Shown: positions 25,013 through 37,500 of the stretch, piece after piece | Position numbering within the stretch: the first letter of the stretch is position 1 | How the letters are laid out: every line of letters begins with the position of its first letter | DNA from: Utricularia gibba | Taxonomy: Eukaryota; Plantae; Magnoliophyta | NCBI GenBank assembly: GCA_002189035.1 | Contig: NEEC01000007.1 | Location: 2,046,001 to 2,110,000, forward strand | Direction of reading: 5' to 3' | Length of the DNA stretch: 64,000 nucleotides | Program-made: the position numbers and the translations under genes | The notes under the pieces: model-generated | The model's database searches: none | The model's input: only the letters and a program-made list of their open reading frames with translations | What the model was told of the DNA's origin: nothing

Positions 25013-28004
25013 ATGGGCGCCGCTAGCAGAGTTATGGCCCTTGTCGTCGCCCCATTTCCCCCACTTCGGCCAACTCTCGTTCTCTTTCATCGCCATCTCG
25101 GGTCAATTTCATGCTCTCCACTCCGACTCCTTGCTGCTTCTTCCTCTCGCTATTCTGCACCTCGGCCTATTCATATCGTCAAGTGTTTTCATAGTCAACC
25201 CAACAATAACTCGCACCTAATACACTCCCCCGTGGCAGCGGAGCAGCACCCTTGGCCAGAGTGGACGCAGTTTCTCAATGTTTTGTCTAGTGTGCAGGGA
25301 TTCGCGGTTTCTGGGAATTACGGGATTCCGCAGGAGGACGCGTTCGTTGTGTACGAGAAATTGCCTGATGCTTTCGTTCGTGCCGCTGCTTCGTGCATAG
25401 CTTATTCTCGTGCTCGACCGGAGCTCCTTCGGTCTGTAATTCTACTTTGCTAGTGTTTCATTCGTATCATGTTTTGTACGATTTTTAGACTTCGATTCTA
25501 AAGTTTCGCAGTTTTTTTTGGTGTGTAAATTTTGTTATTGGCTACTTATACCCGTTCTTCGTTGGGCCTTATTGCTGCTCTGGCATTCTGTTGTTGAAGG
25601 GGATGCAAAAGAAGTTCTTTTGTTTTTGTATATGATTTCGTAGTGTAGTTTTTTCCCAATGTATTTTTTTTTCATCTGAGATTGATTTAAGTTGCCTCCC
25701 TTCTCATTAAAGCAGCAGAATCTGCATAAAAAACCTTTTCTTTGTTTTTTTTCTCGGTCAATAAGCTAGTATCAGTTTGTCTTCAAGCTCTTGGATGTCA
25801 TTGACTTGCAAGCGTTGCGTACTCCTGAATGTTGTTTCCTTTCGTGCTTGGATCAGAATGCTTTCGCGAAGGGATATCGAAGAAATTGTTTCCAATGGAA
25901 CACCATTTTTGTTTAAAAGTGCCCTTGACACAGCACGAAAGATGAAAGCGTTTCTGGGAGCCGATGGATCCAATGTAAGCAAATTCCACTTTAATAAAAA
26001 CACAAGGAAAATCAAGTGTTTTTGACAGGAAAACTATAGAAGCTTGCTTTGTTCATTGTTAACATTCTGGTTTTTTCGAGGTTTATGCACATGCATTCAT
26101 GTTAGTTCGATAGTTTCTTATAAAGTTAGGATTTTCTAATTTGATGTGTAGCACTTGGATTCTTATAGTTGTGAATTTCTGTTTCATTTTCCCTTCTTAT
26201 ACAAAGAATCTTACATTGATCATAGGTGACAGAGAGTGGAGCAGCAAGTACAGTTGACATAATGAAGTATATATTAAGCTATGCTAGCAATCCAACCTTT
26301 TCGTCAGAAAGAAATGGACTCTTTAGTCGGCAAGCTGTTGATTCATCTGTTCGGCATCTGTTGCACGAGCTGGCTATGCTGAGCTCTAGAGTTTCTCATG
26401 GTAACTTACCAGCTCCCGGTCAACAGTTGTCGGATAAAGGAATGGCAACTTCAAACCAATATAGGCCGTATATTGAAATGAAAAGGGGTGACTGGATTTG
26501 CCCAAAGTAAGTTCATTCAATAGTTTTTTTCCTTTCTACAGCAGTTGAAGAGCATTCTCTGCATGAAAAAATATTTCTGCTCTTGTCAGTGAAAGAAGTT
26601 TAAAAACTTGTTGGATGTATCCATCCCTCTTTTCAATTGGCTGAAGGATTTGAACTCTAACTTTTTTTTCCCGTATTCTTCATGTAGGTGCAATTTCATG
26701 AACTTTGCAAGAAATGTAAAATGCCTTGAATGTGAAGAAAACAGGCCCAAGCGATTGCTCACTGGTTCGGAGTGGGAATGCCCTCAGTGAGTGGTTTTTC
26801 TTCATCATAATCGTATGCTTCCAAGTTTTATGTTCTGAATTTGATTTTTGGCTGCAGTTGCAATTTCTACAACTATGGGAGGAATACAATGTGCTTGAGA
26901 TGTGACCATAGTCGACCTGGTGCTCCGTTGTTGAATAACGCTCAATTTGGTTCGGGTGCTACTGGAAGTGGCATCTTAAATTCCGCCTCTGATAACCAGT
27001 TGTTGGCTAACCATGGGTTGAACCCGAAACTCGGCCTTGCATCCACTGCATCTCCGAGCAGTTCTGGCATCTCTTCTGAGCAAAACAGTGGAACGGGAGT
27101 GTCCCATTCTTTGTCTCAGCCGGGTCATTCTGATTTTCAGTTTGGGGGAAATAGCAGCCAATCTAGCAGGGCGCCCATGCCATCAGTTTCCTCGGATCAG
27201 ACGGATTCAAAGAATCCAGAGTTGGAGCGAGCTGAAAAATCTGAGAGATGGTTCAAGAAAATTTCGGAACTACACCAGTCAAGTGCTGTTTCAGATGAGA
27301 AGTTCCCTGAGGTAATGCCGATGAGGAAAGGAGAAAACCAGTTTGTTGTTAGCAAGAAGGACGACCGGTCAATTACTTCTCCGAAGTACAAAAGACAGGC
27401 AGCCATAGATCAGGCCAACTATGTACCTTTCGTTCCATTCCCTCCTGGCTACTTTGCAAGAAAGGACCCGGTGCAGTCCAACACCGAAGAATCAAACAGT
27501 CTTCATGTCGAAGAGAAGCCAGAAGTTGGTGCTAGACACAGCAGATTTCAAGAAAGCCCAACCCTGTCAAGTTCCACGCTTCCCACAAGCAACACTTCTT
27601 CCAAGGATGCATATGCAGCACCCGGGAGCGGATCAGTGGCTGCAGCAGCTGGAGAATCACCCCCGGAACCCCCTAAAAATGAGGGCTTTGGTCACGGTGG
27701 CTGGACAGGGCCAAGCTTGGAAGGCTCTGCACTGACTGAAACGGATCCCCTGGACATGTCAGAGGAAGCGAAAGCAGAACGATGGTTCAAACGCGTGGCA
27801 CAGATAAAGGACATATCCGAGTTGAGCCAGATCCCAGACGAAGATTTCCCATCCATCATGCCAATGAGGAAAGGTGTGAACCGTTTTGTGGTGAGCAAAA
27901 GGAAAACCCCGCTGGAAAGAAGGCTAACCTCTCAGCAGCACAGAAGAAACCTTCCTATAGTCACAAATGATGACATCTTGAAGAAAAGAAGTGAAAATAG
28001 CTGA
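25013..28004 (+). CDS. VAR3: Organelle RanBP2-type zinc finger protein, VAR3/OZ1-like
   Basis: Transit peptide followed by HPWPEW. Two zinc fingers (RGDWICPKCNFMNFARNVKCLEC; SEWECPHCNFYNYGRNTMCLRC). Two copies of the C-terminal repeat ERWFK...DE.FP..MPMRKG.N.FVVSK. Five exons join in frame. Confidence 0.85.
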
Positions 28005-28922
28005 AGAGATCTCCCTGCATTTGTTGTCTTAAATGCTCAATAATCATCTCTTTGTCCGTTGGAGCACTCAGGGAGTTGTTGTCTCTTTGCTTTGCTCCAT
28101 CCATATGATTTTCAGGTAACGTATTCAATCATCTTACTCCAGAAACAGAAAGTCTTGACCCTACCATCTCACAAAGTCAAAGCTATGCATGGTCAACTAC
28201 CGAACACCGTCACCGTTTTCAAACTGCAATTAATACGGCGTCGTCTACAGTTAACGAATTATTACTGTGGCTAATTGCCTGATCATTCGTAGGTCGACTG
28301 TAAAATCGAGTTTCCAATTTCTATCCACCCCTCAGCCACATATAAATAATTATGCAATTAAATCAACAGAATAATATTTTCCATCATTTTATTATTATGA
28401 TTATCATGATATCATGTTCTAAAACTCGAGATTTAATTCGAATTCATGATTTTTTAGATTCGAGTTCAATAATTTTTATAAAAACGAGTTAATTTTATAT
28501 AATTATTCTTATTTTTATAATAACTGAATTCGATATTTAGGTTTTTAAAGACGCGTGTGGTATATATTTTTTAACATACACTTGCTTTACCAAATCTTTA
28601 TAATTATATTACGAGCATTATTTAAATATAAATAATTCAAATATATTAACATTAACATTGAATGTATAATGTTACTCCTAGGGCTAGAAGTAATTTTTGT
28701 GTGGAAGTGCCCCCTGGCATCCGCATTAGCTACTGATTCAATAATTTGCTTTGTTTTAGGGTATAAAAAGACATTAATGTTGGTGAGCTTTTATATATTC
28801 CAACTGAGTCAACACCTTCCCTCGCCGTCGTCCTCCTGCTGGGCTCAGGGTGGGATAAGTACCTCCACAGCCTTCGTGTTCGTTTGCATTGCTGGAAAGC
28901 TGGAGGGTAAGGAGATCGAGTG

Positions 28923-29945
28923 ATGAAGCTTCTGAGGAGTTTGTTCATCTCCATTGCCATCGCCAACACGATCGTCGCGCCGATCACCGGCGCTGCCAAG
29001 ACGGAGGGCATCGACCTCCAGGGGAGGCCGGCGGTGAGAATTGGGAATAGCAGTTCGAGGAGTAAGAGGAAGCTGTCTTACAAGTTGTTGGAGATGAATG
29101 GCGTCGTGAGAGTCAGCTTACGTGATCACTTAATCCCTGCAGATATGAACCTCCCTGAGTCGCCATTCCGTCAGAACAGCCCCAGAACACACCCATTTGC
29201 GCCGCGATCGGCTGCCGGACGCCCTACGCCGTCTTTCACGCCTAAGAGGCATTCACCTCCTAAGACCCCATCGTCTCCCGATAGTCACAAGAGTTCGCCA
29301 CCCTCGGATCGACCAGGAAGTCCCTCGCCTCCAAGGAAACACGACATTCCTCCGCCTCCCGGCACCGATCGGAGTCCACCGCCGAGTAGACGCAGGACTC
29401 CTCCGCCGCCGAGTAACCGCAGGAGCCCTCCTCCACCTGGAGATAGGAGTTCACCACCTCCAAGCAGACACAGGAGCCCTCCTCCACCTGGCGATGAGAG
29501 ATCACCACCTCCAAGCAGACACAGGAGCCCTCCTCCACCTGGCGATGAGAGATCTCCACCTCCAAGCAGACACAGGAGCCCTCCTCCACCTGGCGATGAG
29601 AGATCTCCACCTCCAAGCAGACACAGGAGCCCTCCTCCAGCTCCCGACAGTCCCACGAGCCCTCCTCCGGCGCCCAGCAGTCCCATGAGTCCTCCTCCAT
29701 CTCCGGCAATAGGGGGCCAGTGTCCACTAGGCGGCGGAACGGGGACCCTATGCGAGAACAATGTGTGCGTCGACACAAAGTCGGATCCAAACAACTGCGG
29801 CGCGTGCAACAACGTATGCATCTCCCTTTGGGATTGCTGCGGGGGGATGTGCCTTGACGTCATGAAGGATCCAGGCCACTGCGGTACGTGTGAGCCTACT
29901 CCAACTTGCAGCACCTGCGTTGGAGGCTTCTGTGACTACGTCTGA
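28923..29945 (+). CDS. Secreted chimeric protein: signal peptide + Pro-rich extensin-like region + STIG1-like Cys-rich domain (STIG1-a)
   Basis: MKLLRSLFISIAIANTIVA signal peptide, then roughly 180 aa rich in Ser/Pro. The 14-Cys C-terminal domain contains CVDTKSDPNNCGAC...CCGGMC...HCGTC...GFCDY. Probable in-frame intron at 29062-29142. Confidence 0.85.
   Translation: MKLLRSLFISIAIANTIVAPITGAAKTEGIDLQGRPAVRIGNSSSRSKRKLSYKLLEMNGVVRVSLRDHLIPADMNLPESPFRQNSPRTHPFAPRSAAGRPTPSFTPKRHSPPKTPSSPDSHKSSPPSDRPGSPSPPRKHDIPPPPGTDRSPPPSRRRTPPPPSNRRSPPPPGDRSSPPPSRHRSPPPPGDERSPPPSRHRSPPPPGDERSPPPSRHRSPPPPGDERSPPPSRHRSPPPAPDSPTSPPPAPSSPMSPPPSPAIGGQCPLGGGTGTLCENNVCVDTKSDPNNCGACNNVCISLWDCCGGMCLDVMKDPGHCGTCEPTPTCSTCVGGFCDYV
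29424..29627 (+). repeat. Coding tandem repeat, 4 x 51 bp (SPPPPGDERSPPPSRHR), followed by about 2.5 x 30 bp (SPPPAPxSPx) to ~29705
   Basis: Units start at 29424, 29475, 29526 and 29577. The last three are nearly identical and the first is more diverged. Confidence 0.95.
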
Positions 29946-32900
29946 TCCAGAACAGCAGTAGCATGCAAATATACAGTGTTTTTGTAGTCTTTTCATGAAG
30001 AGATTTTGATCTGCATGAATTGAAGAGATCCATCCACCAGGTTCAACTTCAACTCTCATGGTGTAATATTACATTTTTGGTTCTTGATTCTGCTTCGCTT
30101 CGTTGCAAAACACAACAACATGGATTCTACTATGAAGATTGCATAATGTTTTGTTGGAAGAAAAACATGAGTACATCCTTGTTATAATAGACAATGAAGT
30201 AACTTTCTATTTCTCTTTACAAACTAACTCCAGCCCAAGGGCAACTGTAGGATTTGTATACATAGGATGGTCATTTTTCATACATAAGAAGTATGATTAC
30301 TTTTCAAATTATCTCCTTCGCAATTTGCTTTGATTTCATCTCTCAAAAATTTAATTTATGTTCATTACAAAATAACATATACACATGCAATTCCATTCCA
30401 ACCATCCCAGAGTCTTGATAATTCAATTGTATAAGTTTTCCATAACCAATGTGGGATATCGAACATTTATTTCATTAACACATACATGTCACATTCCATC
30501 TTCCATTGGAGGAGGAACAATGTGATCGATTATTTCCTTCTGTAATGATCAAATGCTTTGAAATGATTCACGCCACACTCCTAATACACAAAAATAAGCA
30601 CATGTGTTACATCCTTTTGTGTTTGCTTCAGAATCATCATAGTGTTTGTTGTTGGAGTATTTGAGAGAGTAAGTTATCTAAATCAGAATTACAATTTTCT
30701 TTACATAATCTTCGATTGTTACAATCACGTCCCTGGTCTTATGTGGGATATAGGAATAGATATAAGCATCTTATTCGAGGTTATTCCTACTTTATAAAAA
30801 AGAGGTTTTTCATTTATAATGAATCAATTGAATTCTGAGAGTAGCTAATCAAAATATATTATCAAAAATATCTTTAGAACATTGAATTACAATGTCCTCG
30901 TTTTTTTATTTTCTGTTCTTTGCTTTTCGTACATCATGTTTCATATGGGTAAACTAACTCTCGGTATGATTCATGATGACAGTTGTACTCTGGAGCTCAT
31001 AGAAGTAACACTAACTCTGCAGCTCTTACTTTCTTCCAGAAGGAGGAGCATTAAAAAGAAGTTCAGTTTGATAGTTTGATATTGTACCCGTATTGGTATA
31101 GTTTGGTATCATATCTGATCACTACGAAATGGATGTTCTAGTTGCACATATTGCGACGATGAATCTCATATTCTTAATGTTTTTATAGCTAGTTTATTTA
31201 GTAGTATAATAAACATTATATGTAAGACAAAAGCACCTATATACATGTGAAATAGAACCACTCCTATAAAATTGATTTAGTTTATAAAACGTGTATGAAA
31301 ATACAAAAACCGTATATGATCGTATGTGTGCATCTTGCTGTTGAACAATTGAGAATGTGGGTGTTAGTATATTCAAAATACATATACTTATAATGGCAAT
31401 TTTTTTTTTTTTTTTTGAGATTGATATTTCATATACAATTTTGATGAATATATCATAGACATATCTTATGGGTATTTTTGTTTGTCTTTCAACATCAACA
31501 TTTGCATGATTTGTTTGCCTTACTAATGATTCATACTTGATGTTGTAATGTAGTCAATAAGATATGTTTCATAATGTACAAAACACATGGTTATGTAGAG
31601 AAAAGTTGGTTCATACAATATTTTTCGTATTCGTATATCGTATTCGATATAAGATTGATTTTGTATTTTGATATGTATTGATAGTTCGATATCATTTCGA
31701 TAACAATATCGAATTCCCAATTACTCATGCATCATATATCCCTAACCCACCATCTAAAGGGATAGTATATAATGTGTTCACTTTGGACTAACACACTTGA
31801 GCTTCTATTATTAGCAATTATGACAACGACAAGCAAAAGTCAAACTCGAAAGTCAGAATCCGTTTGTGGCAATGAGAAAAACGCACATTAATTAATCGGA
31901 GTCAGAGATAATTTACTCATTTAATTATGCTTATCCCAAGTAATTAACAGACAATTAAGGTGCCTTGACCTGCAAGTAAACTCCATAATTCCCCATTGAA
32001 TTAATGACGGTGCTTAATTAAGTCCAATATCGACTTTCAAACCACGCAGATGGTTTCAATGTTGATTTACCATTTCAACCGTAGGGCATCCATGAATTGT
32101 CCACGTGTCAATCCAGGGGAACCCTATGTGTATCAATTTAATTAATACATTATTACAGATATGTTAATCATGGTAAAAAAACAATAATCACATACTTATG
32201 CTGTCTCGTTATCAAAATGCTGCTGTCTAATTACGGTGTTAATCAAGTTTACTTGGATATATCCACTTGTTTTTTTGCATGTTAATTTGTTGATTTAAAA
32301 TATTAAAATATTATTTCATGGAGAATGAGAATTAAGTGTGTCAAATAGTGTTATGTGTATTAGACATATGGTTAGTAGAAAGGTTAACACTAATCACCCT
32401 TGTTGGTCCCACTTATATGATTCGCAAATAAATTTTATATTATAATTATGGCAATTAGGATACAAAATAAAATATTATAAATTATAGATGAGAAAATTGA
32501 AGTTCATATTGTTAACAAATAACTTAATAGGATCATTTAGAAAAAATGATCATTCTCTTTCACATATTATGATCAATTTTTTATATATACGATATTATAG
32601 AGGGTCATTTTTTCTAGCACATCCGAGCTTTCATATATGAGAGCCAAATCAAGATGAATGTTGGGTACAAAGTGAAAGGTTTTCGATGGTAAAGATAAAA
32701 ATAAGATGTGTAAGATGCAAAGTATTAATTGAGATACATATGTATTCAAAAAGTTAATTTTAATATATGATGAGAAATGAATAGTATATTAACAACCATA
32801 TAAAATTTGAATCAATGTCAAATACTAGTTTTTGTTATGTGCAAACAGGGTACAGAATGCATCAAATTAATCCATCATACTTTGATTGAATGTAATGAGG

Positions 32901-33500
32901 TAGAAAGTTTTTAGAACTATTTGGAATGATAGTGTGGTAATAAATTCATCCTCAATGGCAAAAGATTTGAAAGTAGCCACAACCTCTTATACAAGAAACA
33001 TCATAACAAATTTAAAAAGTTATAAAATTCATCTTATATGTTATATTTTGAACTATTTAAAATCAAAAGAATGATAAATGTTATGTTGTGAGAACAAATG
33101 AATATAATGTACACCACACCATTTAATTCAAAAAGCATAACTTTCAAATCGTTTTGATTTACTTATATTATTTTGAAGTGCTTTACGAGCCCAATGCATC
33201 AAAGCGGATGTTCCTACTACTTGATTTGTTTCTTTGGGGGGAGATTGTTTTGTCCCTCCCTCTGTCGTTTCTAATACCCGAATCACATGGTAAGTGTCTG
33301 GGTTGATTTCAGGTATTAATGCAGAATGCGAGTCAAGTAAAGGGATGAGAAAAAAAAGATCACTTCATTATACACCACTTCCTAATAATTTCAGGCTTTT
33401 TTTCCCGCAGATTTAATGCATGAAGTTAAGGATGTAGAGGAGAAGAAACTGGTTTCACAATTACGATGCATGCGGGAAAAAGATGGTGGTGATATTCCAA

Positions 33501-33536
33501 AGTCAATGGAATCCTCTGCAGATATAAACCCCTCCC
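33501..33536 (+). promoter_or_regulatory. W-box + TATA core module of STIG1-b
   Basis: AGTCAA (W-box TTGACT on the minus strand) at 33501-33506 and ATATAAACCCCTCCC at 33522-33536. The same module occurs at 42559-42594. Confidence 0.6.
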
Positions 33537-33564
33537 ACCATCCCTTCTTCTCTGTCACGAGAAG

Positions 33565-34213
33565 ATGAAGACGGCGATAGTGCTACTCACCCTCTTGGCG
33601 TTTGCCGCCGCCGTCGTTGTGATCCCCGTCGCTAGACGGGAGGCTCGGAATCTGCAGCGACACTTCCAGGTGGTGGAGACCATCGTTCGACACGAACAAG
33701 GTTTCCCTCCATCCTTCTTACCTTGATAGCAATGCATGCAAGGCACTTGGTGCATGAAAAACATGAAAATAGAAATTTTACTGCAAGGTCCAAATAAATT
33801 ACCCAACGTGATACAAAAAGAACGAGGTTCATTGATGATATGCTGTGTTGTTCACAGAAAAGGTTCTGCAGGGAACTTGGGAAGCCATGGATGGGTTACA
33901 GGAGTCTAGATTGGGATGGGCGAATAACAGTACCTCACAAGGGAGGAAGATTATGTTCTCCAAAAAGAAGAAGCATTGCGCGCTGCCGGCGGCGGAGGGG
34001 AAGGGGAGCGTTTGCAACAGCGTGTGCGTTAGCACGAGCTCCGACACGTCCAACTGCGGAAGCTGCGGCCATCAGTGCCGATTCGAGTGGCTCTGCTGCG
34101 CCGGAAGATGCGTCAACGTTATGAGGGAGACGAAGCACTGCGGCTCGTGCGAGCACACCAAGTGCAAGACGTGTGTGTTCGGGATGTGCGATTATGCAGA
34201 AGAAGGCGCGTAG
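33565..34213 (+). CDS. Secreted STIG1-like Cys-rich protein (STIG1-b)
   Basis: Exon 1 (33565-33700) encodes the signal peptide MKTAIVLLTLLAFAAAVVVIP. A phase-1 intron spans 33701-33857. Exon 2 carries a 14-Cys domain: SDTSNCGSCGHQC...CCAGRCV...HCGSC...FGMCDYA. Confidence 0.88.
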
Positions 34214-34553
34214 TGAAATTTGTGAGCAACTTGAGAGCTAGTTGTGTGTGTGTGTGTTGTACATTTGTTGTGCCACTTGAAACCAGAAAACTTTGGTGCA
34301 CTCTTTTTGACTGCTTTCACCAGCAAAACTCAAGCATCCAGATCTGATCTGCCCTCAGAATCCAACTCGAATAGACACGATATAACCATCGTCACAAACA
34401 CAATACCGTCGTCCTTCCGGATGAACTTCAAACATCCGGATGGTCGTCCACAGCAACAGCACCATACAAGTATACACTAAAAGAATGGATCCGGTCCATT
34501 TCCATCTGTATCTCTAGGAGCCAAAGAGATGCTGAGCTCTGAAGCGGGGAGGA

Positions 34554-37500
34554 CTAGAAGGTTCTGGAGTATTTTCTGATTTCATACATTATGGAGGATA
34601 TGGAAACCAAGTCCTTGCTCAAACCAGGGACTGTCTTGATGCAATCTGCGAGCCTGGTGTAGTACAGCAGCATCTGAGTCAAGGCAGCTCTCAGGATTTC
34701 CATTCCACAGACGAAGTTGCTGAAGGAGGTGATCACATCGTTGTGCATCAGCTCGATCGCGGCTTTCCATCTTCCGGCGAAGTCCTTCACGATTGGCTCA
34801 ACTTCAGATGCAGTAACTGGACGCTCTGATCCATCTTCGGCTGAAGGTGGGGGCCGGGAAAAAATTACACCAGAAACCATTTGTGTTAATGAAGACAATG
34901 TGTGAGTTGTGGAACACGTACAGGCTCTAGACTTCACGAACTTGATCAGATCACTGAAGTGTTCCAACAGAAGTTCTTCCTGAAATACAAATCATGTTCC
35001 AGAGATCAGTGGTGGGTTAGGGAGTCTTGGTGAACAAATCACTCAGTCCATCCAAGAGTTTATTAGCAAAATGTCTTCACAAAAGGAAGCTGAATTGAGT
35101 GTGGACTGCATTCAATAAACGGTAGTATTTGCATAGAAGCAGGCTTGAAAACTATGTTCATGAAGTATTACCACATAAACTGATGTGCTGCTCTTCAGCA
35201 GCTCTTCGAAGTGCATTTGGATCTTCCCACCATCAGAACCAGCCTCCTGAACGACAAGGAATGAATAAAGTTTGGCGAAAAATACCACATCTCACGAGTC
35301 CTTGCTTTCACTAAAACTCTGGGACATTCGACTCTTTTAACTAACCTTCAGTACTGAAATTATCATGTCATAATTATTTATTAGAAACACAGTCTGAAGC
35401 TTTGGTTTCCGGAAAAGTTTGGCAAGCTTGACAAGTAAATCGTCTACTGCCATCCGCAATCTTTCCATGTTGAGCTCCATCTGCGTAATTGAAAGATCTT
35501 CTTAAGTAAACACTAAAAATCAACTTGAAAAAAATTTAACTGCACATAAACAGATGGCAAATGGCAAATGCTGACGACATACATATACATTGGAACAAAC
35601 CTGCCCATCTTCATAACCAGCATTAAGCTGGAAAAGAGAAGCTGTAAATTCTGCATATCGTCTAATAACATAATGTGGATGAACATCATCTTCCCACAAG
35701 CTTCTAACATTTGCATTTCGCAGACTGTTCAGGTGCATGTCAAATACCAACTTAAACCTTGGCCATAAGGTAATGTTGACCTGCAAATAAATATAAATGA
35801 TTGCCTTGAGCAATTTAGCATGTCGTTGTAGGATTAACTCAACGCAACAACTAAAAACCTTTACACAAGTATGTTTCATCCACGACAGGAATTCTCATTT
35901 TATGGAAAACCAGATTCCTAGTTAATCCTTGTATCCTCAATTCATAGAATCTCTCTCAATAACATAATTAAATGGACGGACTATTACATTTACTAATGAA
36001 AATAAGACAAGCATTTTTCCTTGCGTCCCCAGAAGTGTGTTAGTATCAATTTGCAGTAAAACAGAGGTTTGATTCCCATGATTCACAGTGCCAGCAAAAG
36101 CTACCAGACTAGCCATATAGAAGCAACCGTAAACTGATACTTTATGATAAAGATGAAGAAAAGAAGCCAACTTGGAATTAAGGGTCTCACAAACGCCACA
36201 AGGAAATAATCATCACAAAATGCAATGTGAGCTAGACATACCTTGTCAAAATATGAATCTAGACAAGGTATCCGCCTTCGAGACATTATAAGCTGAAACA
36301 AAGATGGAAAAAAAAAACTGCATTGTTAACTAACTGCCAATTGGTCATCATAAAATCTAAACATCTAGCAAAAATCAATTCCTTCAATAAATCAATCATA
36401 CTAAAAAACCCAAAAGAAGCATAATAATAATGAAAGTTCAGGTTACCATGATGCTAATATTCATCGAAAGTTTCCATGTGGTCTTTGATCCACACTGGAG
36501 AATATTATAAACTCGTGTTTTTTAATATTTAATTCCCTTGTTTCTCTCTCTTTCAGCAGTAAAGGGATCCTCTATGGCTATTTAGTCCCTAGCTACTACA
36601 AAATCGTGTTTTGCATCTTTAATAACAATGAAAAAGCAAGAAATTATGCCAATGTGTTTCGGCAGAATATTACCTGATGCTGGTAAATAATGCGAATCAT
36701 GAGCATGAGAGCAATCGCATCATTAAAATTTGGAAGTACATTATTCAGATGCTCATCAATTACAGAGAAAGGGCCTGCATAACAGAAGCGTGCCCTTCAA
36801 TTCTATTATCATTCACATCAATATGTAGAATATTGTGCAACCTAGAGAAATAATGAAAGAGGATCACACGGGAAATCACTCAGGAACTTCAAGGGACAGG
36901 ATTTAAACATTATTGGTATGGGTTGGAAGTGAAGTTTGAACTTGAAATGAGGATAAACATACCTGCAAAGATTTCATAAAATGTGGACTGGTCTCCAAAG
37001 AATTCATCACAGAAAAGATATCTGAAAAACCTCGGTTAGCGTTCGACCATGCACAATGTAGTAAGTAAACTGATTAATCTACAGCAACCAATTACAAACA
37101 GGTTTCATCCTCCAGTGCCTCTTCATTATTTGAGATACAAAAAGAATCTAAGAATTTAATATTGTTATAGCGACCAATATCTTCAGTTTCTATGCATTAA
37201 AAGGAGAAGACAAAATGACCCAATTACAATCTATCACTTGGATTTAAGCAGACTGAGATGCCAACGTACTCTGAAGCAGCAGTATCCATAAGAAGCTTGT
37301 GGAGGCTTCTGAAGAGAGCTTCATAAGGAAACTTTTTAGAGTTGGCTTCAGCTATATGGGGAATCAATGCTGACTCGTCAACATCCTGATAAGAACATAA
37401 GGAATCATAGAATTCGCTCATGGAAATTTGGAAGAAATATCATGAACGCCCAACTACAAATGAGCAAATGCCCCATCCTTTCTTATAAACGAGTGAGCCA

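Noticed and set aside
28200-28300. Weak inverted repeat (TACAGT..ACGAAT / ATTCGT..ACTGTA) as a miRNA precursor
   Set aside because: The stems are too short and interrupted, and no known mature miRNA was recognised.
29197-29914. Long alternative-frame and antisense ORFs over the Pro-rich repeat (163, 176 and 209 aa)
   Set aside because: These are shadows of a GC-rich tandem repeat that lacks stops. Similar shadow ORFs occur over the tetraspanin, CNGC and NFD4 exons.
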